Positions 1-7,479 are shown, counted from the first letter of the stretch. The stretch: 20,000 nucleotides of DNA from an uncultured virus (IMG/VR IMGVR_UViG_3300037483_000643) (IMGVR_UViG_3300037483_000643), one strand, 5' to 3'. Notes: generated from the letters alone by a model not told the origin. Program-made: numbers and translations.

Positions 1-43
1 GTCCGCTACCGTTGTCTGAGAGTCGATACGTGTCGACGCGCAA
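1..43 (-). CDS. Partial CDS running off the window edge (MRVDTYRLSDNGSG...), hypothetical
   Basis: TTG start at 43 preceded by GAGGGG and downstream of tandem promoter candidates; frame stays open to position 1. Very short, so uncertain. Confidence 0.35.
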   Translation of the reverse strand, partial: MRVDTYRLSDNGSG

Positions 44-97
44 CGGCCGCCCCTCGGTCGGCCAGTCTGGTGTGCAGCACGTCGCCTCGCAGAGCTG

Positions 98-159
98 ATG
101 CTAGTAGAGGTGGAGGGGCGCCGTCAAGAAGAAGGTAGACACGGTGGGAGAGGTGTCAA
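98..159 (-). promoter_or_regulatory. Tandem sigma70-type leftward promoters
   Basis: TTGACA(159-154)-N16-TACCTT(137-132) and TTGACG(127-122)-N18-TAGCAT(103-98) in an intergenic gap. Confidence 0.55.
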
Positions 160-178
160 CTGCGGCGGCGCCGGCAGG

Positions 179-334
179 TTACAGCTTGCACACTACGCTG
201 CAGCCGCCGTCACCTTCGATCATCGCGCCGCGCCAGCCACGCCCCTTAGCGTTGCCGATCGCATAACCGGCGTACGTCCAGATCATGACGTTGATGATGA
301 AGAGCGTTGCAACCTTGATCGATTGACGCGTCAT
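179..334 (-). CDS. Small membrane protein, 51 aa (MTRQSIKVATLFIINVMIWTYAGYAIGNAKGRGWRGAMIEGDGGCSVVCKL)
   Basis: Translated by hand (below the ORF track cutoff); GAGGGG RBS; one hydrophobic segment; starts 3 nt after the upstream stop. Confidence 0.7.
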   Translation of the reverse strand: MTRQSIKVATLFIINVMIWTYAGYAIGNAKGRGWRGAMIEGDGGCSVVCKL

Positions 335-337
335 GGT

Positions 338-658
338 TTATCCCCTCTTGCGTGGTCCGAAGTAACCACGTTGATGTGTCGGGAGGCGCGACGGCGCCCC
401 AGGCCCGTAGCGTGTTGAGACCTCGTTTTGGAGGCTGAGATGTCGATCGGCGATCGACAAGCGTTCGACAGCAAGCGGATCGCCAGCTTTCGCCAGCTCG
501 ATAGACTCAGTGAATTTCTCGTATCCGCGTCCAGCCGCGATCATCTCGGCGCCATTTGCAGAAGACGCCGCGTCGAGCTTATCCAACTCCGCGTTGATCT
601 GCGAAGCGGTCAACGCCCCTGGATCCTTGCTGGAGATCTTGACAGATCGACGCGCCAT
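338..658 (-). CDS. Hypothetical phage protein (106 aa)
   Basis: GAGGAG RBS before ATG 658; packed against the 661..918 gene; helical, protein-like composition. Confidence 0.8.
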   Translation of the reverse strand: MARRSVKISSKDPGALTASQINAELDKLDAASSANGAEMIAAGRGYEKFTESIELAKAGDPLAVERLSIADRHLSLQNEVSTRYGPGAPSRLPTHQRGYFGPRKRG

Positions 659-660
659 GT

Positions 661-918
661 TCACTCCTCGACACGTGCTTCGGCATCAACCTTGTACTCT
701 TGACCACATGCGCAACGCAAGATCTTCGAGTTTGGCAAGTATTCACACTTCTGCTCTGACAGCGCAATGCCACAACCCGTGCACTGATCGTCTTGCCACC
801 ATTCGGTAATCTTGCCAGTCTTGGCGTTGGCGACGAAGACACAAGCGCCCGCCAGCTCAAACTGCCCGATGATCTCTTTCGGCTTCTGTTGGGACGTCTT
901 CCGCCGACGTGCTACCAT
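661..918 (-). CDS. Zn-ribbon protein (CTGC...CAC)
   Basis: GAGGGG RBS; two Cys pairs; coupled to the next gene. Confidence 0.75.
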   Translation of the reverse strand: MVARRRKTSQQKPKEIIGQFELAGACVFVANAKTGKITEWWQDDQCTGCGIALSEQKCEYLPNSKILRCACGQEYKVDAEARVEE

Positions 919-937
919 CGGAATCCCCTCTGGCGCA

Positions 938-996
938 GCAAAAAAACACCGCCGGTCTAGGCGAGGGAGGGAAGGACCTCGAACCTAGACCGGCGG
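938..996 (-). terminator. Rho-independent terminator
   Basis: Perfect 13-bp inverted repeat CCGCCGGTCTAGG (949-961 / 984-996) followed on the minus strand by TGTTTTTTT. Confidence 0.8.
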
Positions 997-1024
997 CCAG
1001 CACCCTGCATCGCGCACATCCCGT
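938..1024 (-). ncRNA. Candidate ~85-nt small RNA (or attenuated leader) with a C/U-rich loop
   Basis: Lies between promoter TTGACG-N17-TATACA and an intrinsic terminator. Folds as a 13-bp stem, then a CGAGG/CCUCG stem, then loop UCCUUCCCUC. Confidence 0.55.
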
Positions 1025-1030
1025 ACTCCA

Positions 1031-1059
1031 TGTATAGGACAGGTCGGGGCGCGCGTCAA
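1031..1059 (-). promoter_or_regulatory. sigma70-type promoter
   Basis: TTGACG(1059-1054)-N17-TATACA(1036-1031). Confidence 0.6.
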
Positions 1060-1062
1060 GAG

Positions 1063-1097
1063 GTGGGGGGTGACTGCAGAAAGCTGTCACCCCCCAC
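1063..1097. terminator. Strong hairpin at the end of the long leftward operon (terminator, stabiliser or operator)
   Basis: Perfect 12-bp inverted repeat GTGGGGGGTGAC/GTCACCCCCCAC with an 11-nt loop; weak U-tract. Confidence 0.5.
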
Positions 1098-1142
1098 GTA
1101 TCTTGAAGATCGGATCCCGCGCTCGGCGGCGTTTCAATGGCA

Positions 1143-1358
1143 TCACCCCCCATCATCGGGTGACTGTTTCTTGGCGTTGTGTGGCGCCGAAGGGAACTTT
1201 GCGATTGCATCGCGTGCGATCAACCACGCTTCTTTCACAAGCCATGCACGGCTGCGGTCCTGTCGCCTTGCTTCTTGATTCAACTCTTTCAACATTGCAT
1301 CAGGAAAGTAAAAGCTCGTCTTGTGGCCCGTACCTGCATAACGCTTCGGTCGTGCCAT
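1143..1358 (-). CDS. Ribbon-helix-helix-like small protein, TIGR04563 (MXAN_4361/MXAN_4362) family-like
   Basis: KTSFYFPDAMLKELNQEARRQDRSRAWLVKEAWLIAR matches the remembered myxobacterial pattern KQSLYFPxxMLxEIxxEAxRQDRSLSWxVQxAWKIAR; GAGGTG RBS before ATG 1358. Confidence 0.75.
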   Translation of the reverse strand: MARPKRYAGTGHKTSFYFPDAMLKELNQEARRQDRSRAWLVKEAWLIARDAIAKFPSAPHNAKKQSPDDGG

Positions 1359-1373
1359 GCAGCACCTCTGCAA

Positions 1374-1583
1374 CTAGCGCCAGCGATCGGCGCCTGGAAA
1401 CTGTGGCGAGACTAGCGACGGCACGCGGTGCATAAGTGCAATGTTGGCAACTATGATCGTACCGCGCGGATCCTTCGAGCTGTTTCCGCATTCCTTGCAG
1501 CACACCGTCAGGTCGCGATCGGCAACGTTGCGCTGCAATTCTACGTGATGGCCCCGATCGCACTCGTACTCGTAGATCGGCAT
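1374..1583 (-). CDS. FmdB-family zinc-ribbon regulatory protein
   Basis: Diagnostic start MPIYEYECxxGH, followed by CKECG; ATG lies 1 nt after the upstream stop. Confidence 0.85.
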   Translation of the reverse strand: MPIYEYECDRGHHVELQRNVADRDLTVCCKECGNSSKDPRGTIIVANIALMHRVPSLVSPQFPGADRWR

Positions 1584-1584
1584 C

Positions 1585-3219
1585 TTACGGCCTCGCTTCC
1601 TCTTCCTCTTCTTCGTCTTCTTCTTCCTCTTCTCCATCCGCCGCAGCTTCATCCTGTTGCACAGGAGGAGGAGGGGCTGCGTTGAATCCTTCCCTCTGCG
1701 CAGCTGCGCGGATCTTGTGTTGCTTCTGCAGCTCCATGATCAACGCGCGGATGTACGCCGCGTTGTCACCCGACGCCTGTATCCATGCAAGGAGATGAGG
1801 CTGGAAGGCGACGATCGGATCACCACCCGACTTCGCCAGCTCGGCAGCGATCGAAGGCTCCTTCACGTTGTCGAGGAAGTAGGCGGCGACGTCGGCGGGG
1901 GGCGCCTTCTCCTTGATCGCCTGAACGATTGCCAAGAACACCGTAGGCGGCTGCGCAGGGGCGCCGTCCAGTCGAGACGTCTGCTGTGTCTGATGAGGCG
2001 CCGCCTGCGGCGGCGCCCCAGCGGTCACCTGTTGCGGCTGCACGGCAGGCTGCGGCTGCACCGTCACCGTCTGTGCGGCAGCGGGCGCATTCTGCGCCTT
2101 GGCCGCTTCCATGGCCAAAAAGGCGTTGAGTACCTTCATCCACGCGGGGTCTTCGGCTTGCGGCGGTGACTCCAGCTCCTTGATCGAGTGCAGCGCACCC
2201 ACCGTCATGCTGACTACGCTGCCCATCGCTTCTGCCATCTGTGTAACGACCTTCAGGGTACCTGCCGATCCTTCGGCGCCTTGAATCAACAGCTTCTCGA
2301 CTACCGGATCGATCGCCGGTTTCGAGTTGGAGGCCTTCATCACCTCCATCATCAACGCCTGGAAGCGCTCGCCGGAAGCGCGCATCTCGGTTGCCATGCG
2401 ATCAGACGATGCCTGACTCGACTTCATCATCTCCACAATCAGTCCAGCGATGCCGGCAGTAGGATCGGCCTGGGGCTTTGCGCTAGCGCTTGCTGCAGTT
2501 GTGATTCTCGCTTCGAGCTGTTCCAACGCCAAGCGTGATTCACGGCGCGAGTTTTCCAGCTCGGCCTTGTGGCGTTCTTCGGCGATCTGCCGTTCGCGCT
2601 CGCGCAGCCGTTCTCTGTCTTCCGTGAGCTGTCGCTGTGCAGTCGTCAACTCGTTACGCACGCGCGCCAGCTCAGCGGCAACAGGATCAAATCCGGACCT
2701 CCCCACACCGCTGGCGGTTTGCGAGGCGCCGTGCATGGAGAAGTCCGGGGAGGGCACCATGCCCCCCAATCTGAGTGGTTGGGTGTCTTCGAGTCCGACC
2801 GTGTTGGTCTGCATGTTGGATGGGCGAGGCGGGTATTCCAGCGTCTTCGGCCCCTGCCAGTCGCGCGCAGCCACGATCTTGTAGATCTCACCTGCCGGCA
2901 ACGACAATTTCTGGCCGCTGACGTTCACGATCACGGGGGCGCCGATGGCGCGCGCACGATCGTTGCGGTGGTACACCATCATCTGATAGATACCGCCACC
3001 GCCAAGGCGCGTGAGCCAACCTTCAGGGTGCGCGATGTGATCGGCAGTGGCGTCGGTGAAGCACACAATCACGTCGCCTTGCGTCTGTCCAGGCGCGCGG
3101 TGAACGATTCGCACCGTGAACTCGTCACACTGCGTTTCCGCAACTCTGCCGAGCGCGTTGGCCACCGTCTGATCAGACGGTGACAGGTTGTCAGCGATCT
3201 GCGTCGCGATGTTGGCCAT
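1585..3219 (-). CDS. Large hypothetical protein: globular N-domain, coiled coil, Pro/Gln/Ala linker, helical C-domain, acidic tail
   Basis: Long ORF; AAGGGG RBS before ATG 3219; heptad-like E/R-rich segment; EEEEEDEEEEEE tail. Confidence 0.85.
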   Translation of the reverse strand: MANIATQIADNLSPSDQTVANALGRVAETQCDEFTVRIVHRAPGQTQGDVIVCFTDATADHIAHPEGWLTRLGGGGIYQMMVYHRNDRARAIGAPVIVNVSGQKLSLPAGEIYKIVAARDWQGPKTLEYPPRPSNMQTNTVGLEDTQPLRLGGMVPSPDFSMHGASQTASGVGRSGFDPVAAELARVRNELTTAQRQLTEDRERLRERERQIAEERHKAELENSRRESRLALEQLEARITTAASASAKPQADPTAGIAGLIVEMMKSSQASSDRMATEMRASGERFQALMMEVMKASNSKPAIDPVVEKLLIQGAEGSAGTLKVVTQMAEAMGSVVSMTVGALHSIKELESPPQAEDPAWMKVLNAFLAMEAAKAQNAPAAAQTVTVQPQPAVQPQQVTAGAPPQAAPHQTQQTSRLDGAPAQPPTVFLAIVQAIKEKAPPADVAAYFLDNVKEPSIAAELAKSGGDPIVAFQPHLLAWIQASGDNAAYIRALIMELQKQHKIRAAAQREGFNAAPPPPVQQDEAAADGEEEEEDEEEEEEARP

Positions 3220-3242
3220 AAGTGCATTCCCCTTGTATATGT

Positions 3243-3446
3243 TCATTGGACGGCGCTGGTATGCTGGACGGTGCGAGGTGTGCTTTCAGGATCAGGCGGT
3301 GCTTTCGGCGGGTAGCGCCCACCAAAATAGCACTCACTGCACATATCACCAGGCCAGTCTGGTTTTTCACCACTGAACACCTGGCGACCACACTTGCTAC
3401 AGGCTGTTTCTGCGCATTGCGGACAACTACAATTCTGGCAGGGCAT
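3243..3446 (-). CDS. Cys-rich small protein (multiple CxxC)
   Basis: MPCQNCSCPQC...CSKC...CSEC; fills the gap between neighbours. Confidence 0.65.
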   Translation of the reverse strand: MPCQNCSCPQCAETACSKCGRQVFSGEKPDWPGDMCSECYFGGRYPPKAPPDPESTPRTVQHTSAVQ

Positions 3447-3454
3447 CGTTTCTC

Positions 3455-3706
3455 TCAACTGTTGCAATCGTTGGAATGGCGGCCGTCATGCCCTTCGGGG
3501 CGCCAGCATCCTACTGCAGTGCATATCCGCGATGGATCTTCTTTCCACTCACCGCAACGACGTGGGGTGCCGATGTCCATGTGTTGTGGATAGCGCACAC
3601 ACAGCTCGAAAGCATAATCAGCGTTGCGGTAATCGCTGTGGCGCACGCCACTCTCGAAGAAGTAGCAGTTATCGCAACACTCGATCTTTACGAAGGCATC
3701 GGCCAT
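3455..3706 (-). CDS. Cys-rich hypothetical protein (CDNC...CxRYP...CGEW; C-x4-C...GHDGRH)
   Basis: Phage-type metal-binding motifs; tight packing. Confidence 0.75.
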   Translation of the reverse strand: MADAFVKIECCDNCYFFESGVRHSDYRNADYAFELCVRYPQHMDIGTPRRCGEWKEDPSRICTAVGCWRPEGHDGRHSNDCNS

Positions 3707-3709
3707 TTG

Positions 3710-3868
3710 TCACCAACCCCGTGCGCGCCGCTCGTCTCGAATCGTCTCGGCAATGATGCGCCGCGCCCTAGCTCGGATTGCGCGCTGCTCTTGTGTATAC
3801 AGCACGTAAAGTCCCGTGAATATCACAAACAACAGCACAGACGCCACTGCACCGAAGTAGTATAGCAT
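3710..3868 (-). CDS. Small single-TM protein, 52 aa (MLYYFGAVASVLLFVIFTGLYVLYTQEQRAIRARARRIIAETIRDERRARGW)
   Basis: Hand-translated; AGGAGG RBS; N-terminal TM helix plus basic tail. Confidence 0.75.
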   Translation of the reverse strand: MLYYFGAVASVLLFVIFTGLYVLYTQEQRAIRARARRIIAETIRDERRARGW

Positions 3869-3886
3869 GGGCGCCCCTCCTATCCT

Positions 3887-4195
3887 CTACGCGTCACCAC
3901 TCGACGTCGCCTGGCCGCGCTCCAACACGTTCATCACAGCATTGGTAAGGATGCTTATGGCGCGCGCTTCGTGCCTGTAGGAACAGTCACCCATGTTGGG
4001 GTTGGCGCCAGGCTCAAACATCCACAAATGGCACGCCGGCCCGACGCAGGATGCATAGTCGATCTTGCGTGCACCTTCGTCTTTGATGCCAGGCGGAAGA
4101 TCGATTGTTGGCGGCGGACGCGGCGTCATCGTGAAGGGGCAGATCCCACGGGGCGTAGGCACTTCGGGCGTCGTCATGTCGATGATCTCTGTCAC
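3887..4195 (-). CDS. Hypothetical protein with CPF...CxGxxCxxW...GxC motif
   Basis: AGGAG RBS before GTG 4195; four spaced Cys typical of phage metal-binding hypotheticals. Confidence 0.75.
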   Translation of the reverse strand: MTEIIDMTTPEVPTPRGICPFTMTPRPPPTIDLPPGIKDEGARKIDYASCVGPACHLWMFEPGANPNMGDCSYRHEARAISILTNAVMNVLERGQATSSGDA

Positions 4196-4205
4196 GTGTG
4201 TTCTC

Positions 4206-4535
4206 CTAGTCATTAGTCACGAGTCCAGTCAACAGGCCAAGTGTAATGCCGACGCTGCAGGTGTAAAGCGCGGCGGCATACCAAGTCGGGAATAGATGCA
4301 CAATTCCACTGACGTGTGCGATCCATCCAATGTGGAAGCCGAGACAGCCGGGGCATTCCATGAGCAACAGAATTGTGACGACAGCTGGACGGAAGTAGCG
4401 CATCTGTCCAAACTCGTCTTCTGCTGCGTCATCCAACATCTCACGTATCGGCAGCGTCAGCTTGCTGTGGCCGATGATCCACGCGAGTCCGAAGGATGCC
4501 ATGCTATAGATGAAGAGATGCGTTACGTAGAGCAC
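4206..4535 (-). CDS. DUF1360-like membrane protein
   Basis: TM segments, LPIRE motif and LLMECPGCLGFHIG (family pattern LLxCPxCxGxWxG); GGAGG RBS. Confidence 0.65.
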   Translation of the reverse strand: MLYVTHLFIYSMASFGLAWIIGHSKLTLPIREMLDDAAEDEFGQMRYFRPAVVTILLLMECPGCLGFHIGWIAHVSGIVHLFPTWYAAALYTCSVGITLGLLTGLVTND

Positions 4536-4541
4536 CAGAGT

Positions 4542-4793
4542 TTACCTCCGACGGAAGAACGACTTGATCGTGTCGGCGAGTGATCCCTCAATGTGCACTC
4601 GCAACAGGTCGTTGACGTCGATGCCGAAGACTGCTGCACGCGCAGTAAGGATGCGCCACGCCGTGCCAGCGAACGCCCCGAGAAACGTGGCAGCATCGAC
4701 AATGCCGTCTTTCTCGATTGCGTCCGCAGCCAAGCGCAGATCACCACACAACGCGTCTTTCTCGGCTTGCGTGAAGCTGATGAATCCTATCAT
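4542..4793 (-). CDS. Hypothetical protein
   Basis: ATGA overlap with the upstream gene; helical composition. Confidence 0.7.
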   Translation of the reverse strand: MIGFISFTQAEKDALCGDLRLAADAIEKDGIVDAATFLGAFAGTAWRILTARAAVFGIDVNDLLRVHIEGSLADTIKSFFRRR

Positions 4794-4978
4794 GGCTTCA
4801 CACCACAATATGAATCGAGTAGTGCATCTAGGCGTCGGCGCATCTTACAGCGTGGACACATCCACCTATTTCCTGGCCCAATTCGATGAAGAATCAAATT
4901 GCCAGCGTTTACGTCAAAGCTGTGTTTCATGCCGATCCAGCCGGCAGTTAACTGACTCACTTCGGTTGAAGTTGTCAC
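4790..4978 (-). CDS. Small protein with CPRC motif
   Basis: GTGA and ATGA overlaps with both neighbours. Confidence 0.65.
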   Translation of the reverse strand: MTTSTEVSQLTAGWIGMKHSFDVNAGNLILHRIGPGNRWMCPRCKMRRRLDALLDSYCGVKP

Positions 4979-5274
4979 TTTGTCTCTCCCTCACGAAGCC
5001 ACTTTGTCAGTTGTTTGTAGGTCATTGCGCCGACGTACTCTTGCAACACTTCATTGCCTTGCACGAGCGCGTAGGAGGGTGTTGCCTTGGGCCGCCAGCC
5101 TAACACGTCGATGTCATGTCGATCTAGATGCAGCAAGATGATTAGCAGGTCGAGCGTGTGTTCTGAACGCAGCTTGTCGATCGCAGGCTTCGCGGCTGCA
5201 CATGCATCACAGCCTTCGGCGATTGCTACGTAGAGGCGAGGCGCAGGCTCTATCACGTACTGGGACATTGGCAT
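4975..5274 (-). CDS. Thioredoxin-fold protein (CDAC active site)
   Basis: EGCDACAAAKP, cis-Pro loop ATPS and C-terminal VGAMTYKQL; start at 5274 (TAATG overlap) or 5268. Confidence 0.8.
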   Translation of the reverse strand: MPMSQYVIEPAPRLYVAIAEGCDACAAAKPAIDKLRSEHTLDLLIILLHLDRHDIDVLGWRPKATPSYALVQGNEVLQEYVGAMTYKQLTKWLREGETK

Positions 5275-5453
5275 TACTCCAACACCGGACATGCTTGCTT
5301 CACATGCCCTTGATAGATCGCTACCGTCTTCCAATATGTGAGCCGGCGCCGAAGAATCGGCGCGCATCTTACAACTGTGCCATTCTCCACAACAAAACCC
5401 GCTGACAAGTAACTCGTCTCTACCCACCACAAACCATCACGCCAAGGGCTCAC
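5274..5453 (-). CDS. Hypothetical phage protein, 59 aa (MSPWRDGLWWVETSYLSAGFVVENGTVVRCAPILRRRLTYWKTVAIYQGHVKQACPVLE)
   Basis: Hand-translated; GTGA overlap upstream and TAATG overlap downstream; AGFVVENGxVVxCAPIL resembles a recurrent phage small-protein motif. Confidence 0.7.
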   Translation of the reverse strand: MSPWRDGLWWVETSYLSAGFVVENGTVVRCAPILRRRLTYWKTVAIYQGHVKQACPVLE

Positions 5454-5767
5454 AGTGCCCCCTCGTCACGCACCGCATCTAGTGGTTGATTCGTCATACA
5501 CGACACCAGTCGACACTTGCCATTCCAATTCATGTTGTTGACGTGATCACGTGCATGCACAACATCCGTGAACACAGCCTCAATCGTGTACAACTTGAGT
5601 CCGTGCAGCACGATCAGCGGTGGCGGTGTCTGCGTACCCTCGTTGTCAGGTCGCCGAGCCAACACCGAGATGTCGACTTCTTTCAATAACACATGCGAGA
5701 TGGCAGGCGGTAGGCGGCCAGAGTCGAGTGCTTTGTTGATCATGCGTATGATAGATGCCCAACCCAC
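5450..5767 (-). CDS. Hypothetical protein
   Basis: AGGAG RBS before GTG; packed in the operon. Confidence 0.7.
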   Translation of the reverse strand: MGWASIIRMINKALDSGRLPPAISHVLLKEVDISVLARRPDNEGTQTPPPLIVLHGLKLYTIEAVFTDVVHARDHVNNMNWNGKCRLVSCMTNQPLDAVRDEGAL

Positions 5768-5799
5768 GCGGTATCTCCTACCCCTTCAACTACTGTGGT

Positions 5800-6339
5800 T
5801 TAAAGAGCAAGAATCCAATCACGCTGCATCGGCGTCAGCTGGATGATACCAGTGCCGTGCTTCTCCGCGTCTTCGAGTGCATTCTGTGGCGTCCAGCCAA
5901 AGCACTTCACGAGAATCAACGCGGCAACGCAGCCGGTGCGACCGATGCCCGCTTCGCAGCCAAAAGCCAAGGCTTCGCCTTGCGTGGTCAAGATGTACCA
6001 GGCAAACGCAACGATTCCTTCCGCTTGTGCCCTGTCGGGCGGATGTCCGTCTTGAATTGGGCACCGCAGCGACATCATGCCGGCGGCGTGCACAGCGTCA
6101 GCGTCGCTGCGCTCAGAACACAGATTCAAGACGAACGTGCAATGCCGGCCGGTCAGCCGCTTCAACACCTGTTCAGATCGCCACGAACACCGTGTAAACT
6201 TCATTCGTGCATCGCCGAGAGGAACCCGCTCGGCGTATTCGTTCCAACCGACACACGGGAGAGGGCCGCCGATCGCGTCTTCGACGGCTGCCACCACATC
6301 GGCACCTGTGTTGATCACGTTGTCTAGCAGTTTCGACAT
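5800..6339 (-). CDS. Protein tyrosine / dual-specificity phosphatase (CX5R)
   Basis: P-loop GCEAGIGRTG, acid loop PIQDGHPP, VLNLC strand and C-terminal TPMQ Q-loop. Confidence 0.88.
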   Translation of the reverse strand: MSKLLDNVINTGADVVAAVEDAIGGPLPCVGWNEYAERVPLGDARMKFTRCSWRSEQVLKRLTGRHCTFVLNLCSERSDADAVHAAGMMSLRCPIQDGHPPDRAQAEGIVAFAWYILTTQGEALAFGCEAGIGRTGCVAALILVKCFGWTPQNALEDAEKHGTGIIQLTPMQRDWILAL

Positions 6340-6357
6340 ATCGGCGGCCCTCTTCGA

Positions 6358-6777
6358 TCAGTAGGTGACGCCGAAGTTGGCTCCGGCGTAGTTGGCTGCG
6401 TTCTTGTGTGAAACAGTGATGCCTGCGAACGCGTTGCCGATTCGCGGCGACAGAGACACCTGCCAGTTGCCGCCGGTCAGGACGCCACCAACAGCGTTCA
6501 CGCCAACGTCATGGCCGTAGAACGCCTTGGGCAGGATGATGGCGTAGCCAGCACCGAGCGCCACGCCGCGTTCGATGTTGCCGGACTTGAGGTCGACCAC
6601 AGTAGCAACCATCACCGTGGGCTGAACGCAGACGCCCTTACCCTTGATCTTCGCGCAGCCGCCGAGGGCCGGCAGTGGCCCACTAGGCTGCACTGGGGGA
6701 GTGTCCTGGGCAAGAGCTGAGTTGGTGAGGACGAGGGAGAGCACAGCAGCAGCGAGAATCGAAGCATGAAATTTCAC
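6358..6777 (-). CDS. Secreted / putative outer-membrane beta-strand protein
   Basis: Sec signal peptide (...NSALA/QD), Gly-rich amphipathic strands, C-terminal NFGVTY; GAGGAGG RBS. Confidence 0.7.
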   Translation of the reverse strand: MKFHASILAAAVLSLVLTNSALAQDTPPVQPSGPLPALGGCAKIKGKGVCVQPTVMVATVVDLKSGNIERGVALGAGYAIILPKAFYGHDVGVNAVGGVLTGGNWQVSLSPRIGNAFAGITVSHKNAANYAGANFGVTY

Positions 6778-6845
6778 GTTTAAACCTCCTCTTCGGTTGG
6801 GTGCTGTACAACGTGCACCGCTAGTTGCACTTCACATCTTCACTG

Positions 6846-7103
6846 TTAGGCAGCTGGAGGCGTCTTCGGAGGCTCGGTCTGAATGCTCGGCGGCTGCGGC
6901 TGCGGATCCTTCGGAGTAAGCGCAGCACGCGGCCTCAACCCGTTGACGATGAAGTTGCACACAGCGTGCAACTTCGAGCCTTCGCGCGTGAAGCCACGGA
7001 CAACGAGCGCGATGCCGTAGATCGCCACGGCAACCGCGGCGAAAGCGGCCTTTTGCTGTGGCGTTCCTGGCAGAACGTTGATGATGTCATCGATCGACGG
7101 CAT
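6846..7103 (-). CDS. Small membrane protein with Pro-rich tail (holin-like architecture, unproven)
   Basis: One TM segment (AAFAAVAVAIYGIALVV); GAGGAG RBS. Confidence 0.7.
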   Translation of the reverse strand: MPSIDDIINVLPGTPQQKAAFAAVAVAIYGIALVVRGFTREGSKLHAVCNFIVNGLRPRAALTPKDPQPQPPSIQTEPPKTPPAA

Positions 7104-7479
7104 GTGTATCTCCTCTTCGTGGCCACAACTCTGTGAACTCTATTCCTTCCAGCTGTCCGAAAGCTACGATCTCCTCAAACGTAGGCGGACCTATGGACGA
7201 TGAAAACTTTGCGAAGCCTTCCAGCGTCACAGGCGCTTGATCAGCTGATGTAGTTACGAATGTCAACTCGTCCAACGCATCGATAACGCCGACGTTCGAT
7301 GCTATCTCTACGAGTGTGCCGCGCCCCACTTTTACGCGCATCGGATCAGAACACTTCTGCACAAATGCATCAAATCCGAGTTGTGTCGTGTTGACCGGCT
7401 TCCACTTGTCAGAACACAGCTTGAACTTGACGAGATTCGCCACCATCGATGGATCGATCGCAGTTGGATCAGTTGACAT
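7087..7479 (-). CDS. Hypothetical protein
   Basis: GGAG RBS; ATG 1 nt after the upstream stop. Confidence 0.75.
   Translation of the reverse strand: MSTDPTAIDPSMVANLVKFKLCSDKWKPVNTTQLGFDAFVQKCSDPMRVKVGRGTLVEIASNVGVIDALDELTFVTTSADQAPVTLEGFAKFSSSIGPPTFEEIVAFGQLEGIEFTELWPRRGDTHAVDR

Noticed and set aside
950..1020. GGTTCGA on the minus strand suggesting a tRNA T-loop
   Set aside because: Flanks do not form a T-stem or cloverleaf, and the sequence is part of a long hairpin.
1584..1652. Lys/Arg-rich N-terminal extension of the FmdB ORF in the track
   Set aside because: It is the shifted-frame reading of the upstream poly-Glu tail; the family starts at MPIYEY.
1687..1696. Perfect 10-nt complement of the sRNA loop (GAGGGAAGGA, minus strand)
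   Set aside because: It lies inside a CDS about 100 nt from the next start and may be chance, so it is not counted as a target.
6358..7479. Possible lysis cassette (holin/spanin)
   Set aside because: No endolysin motif or lipobox was recognised.
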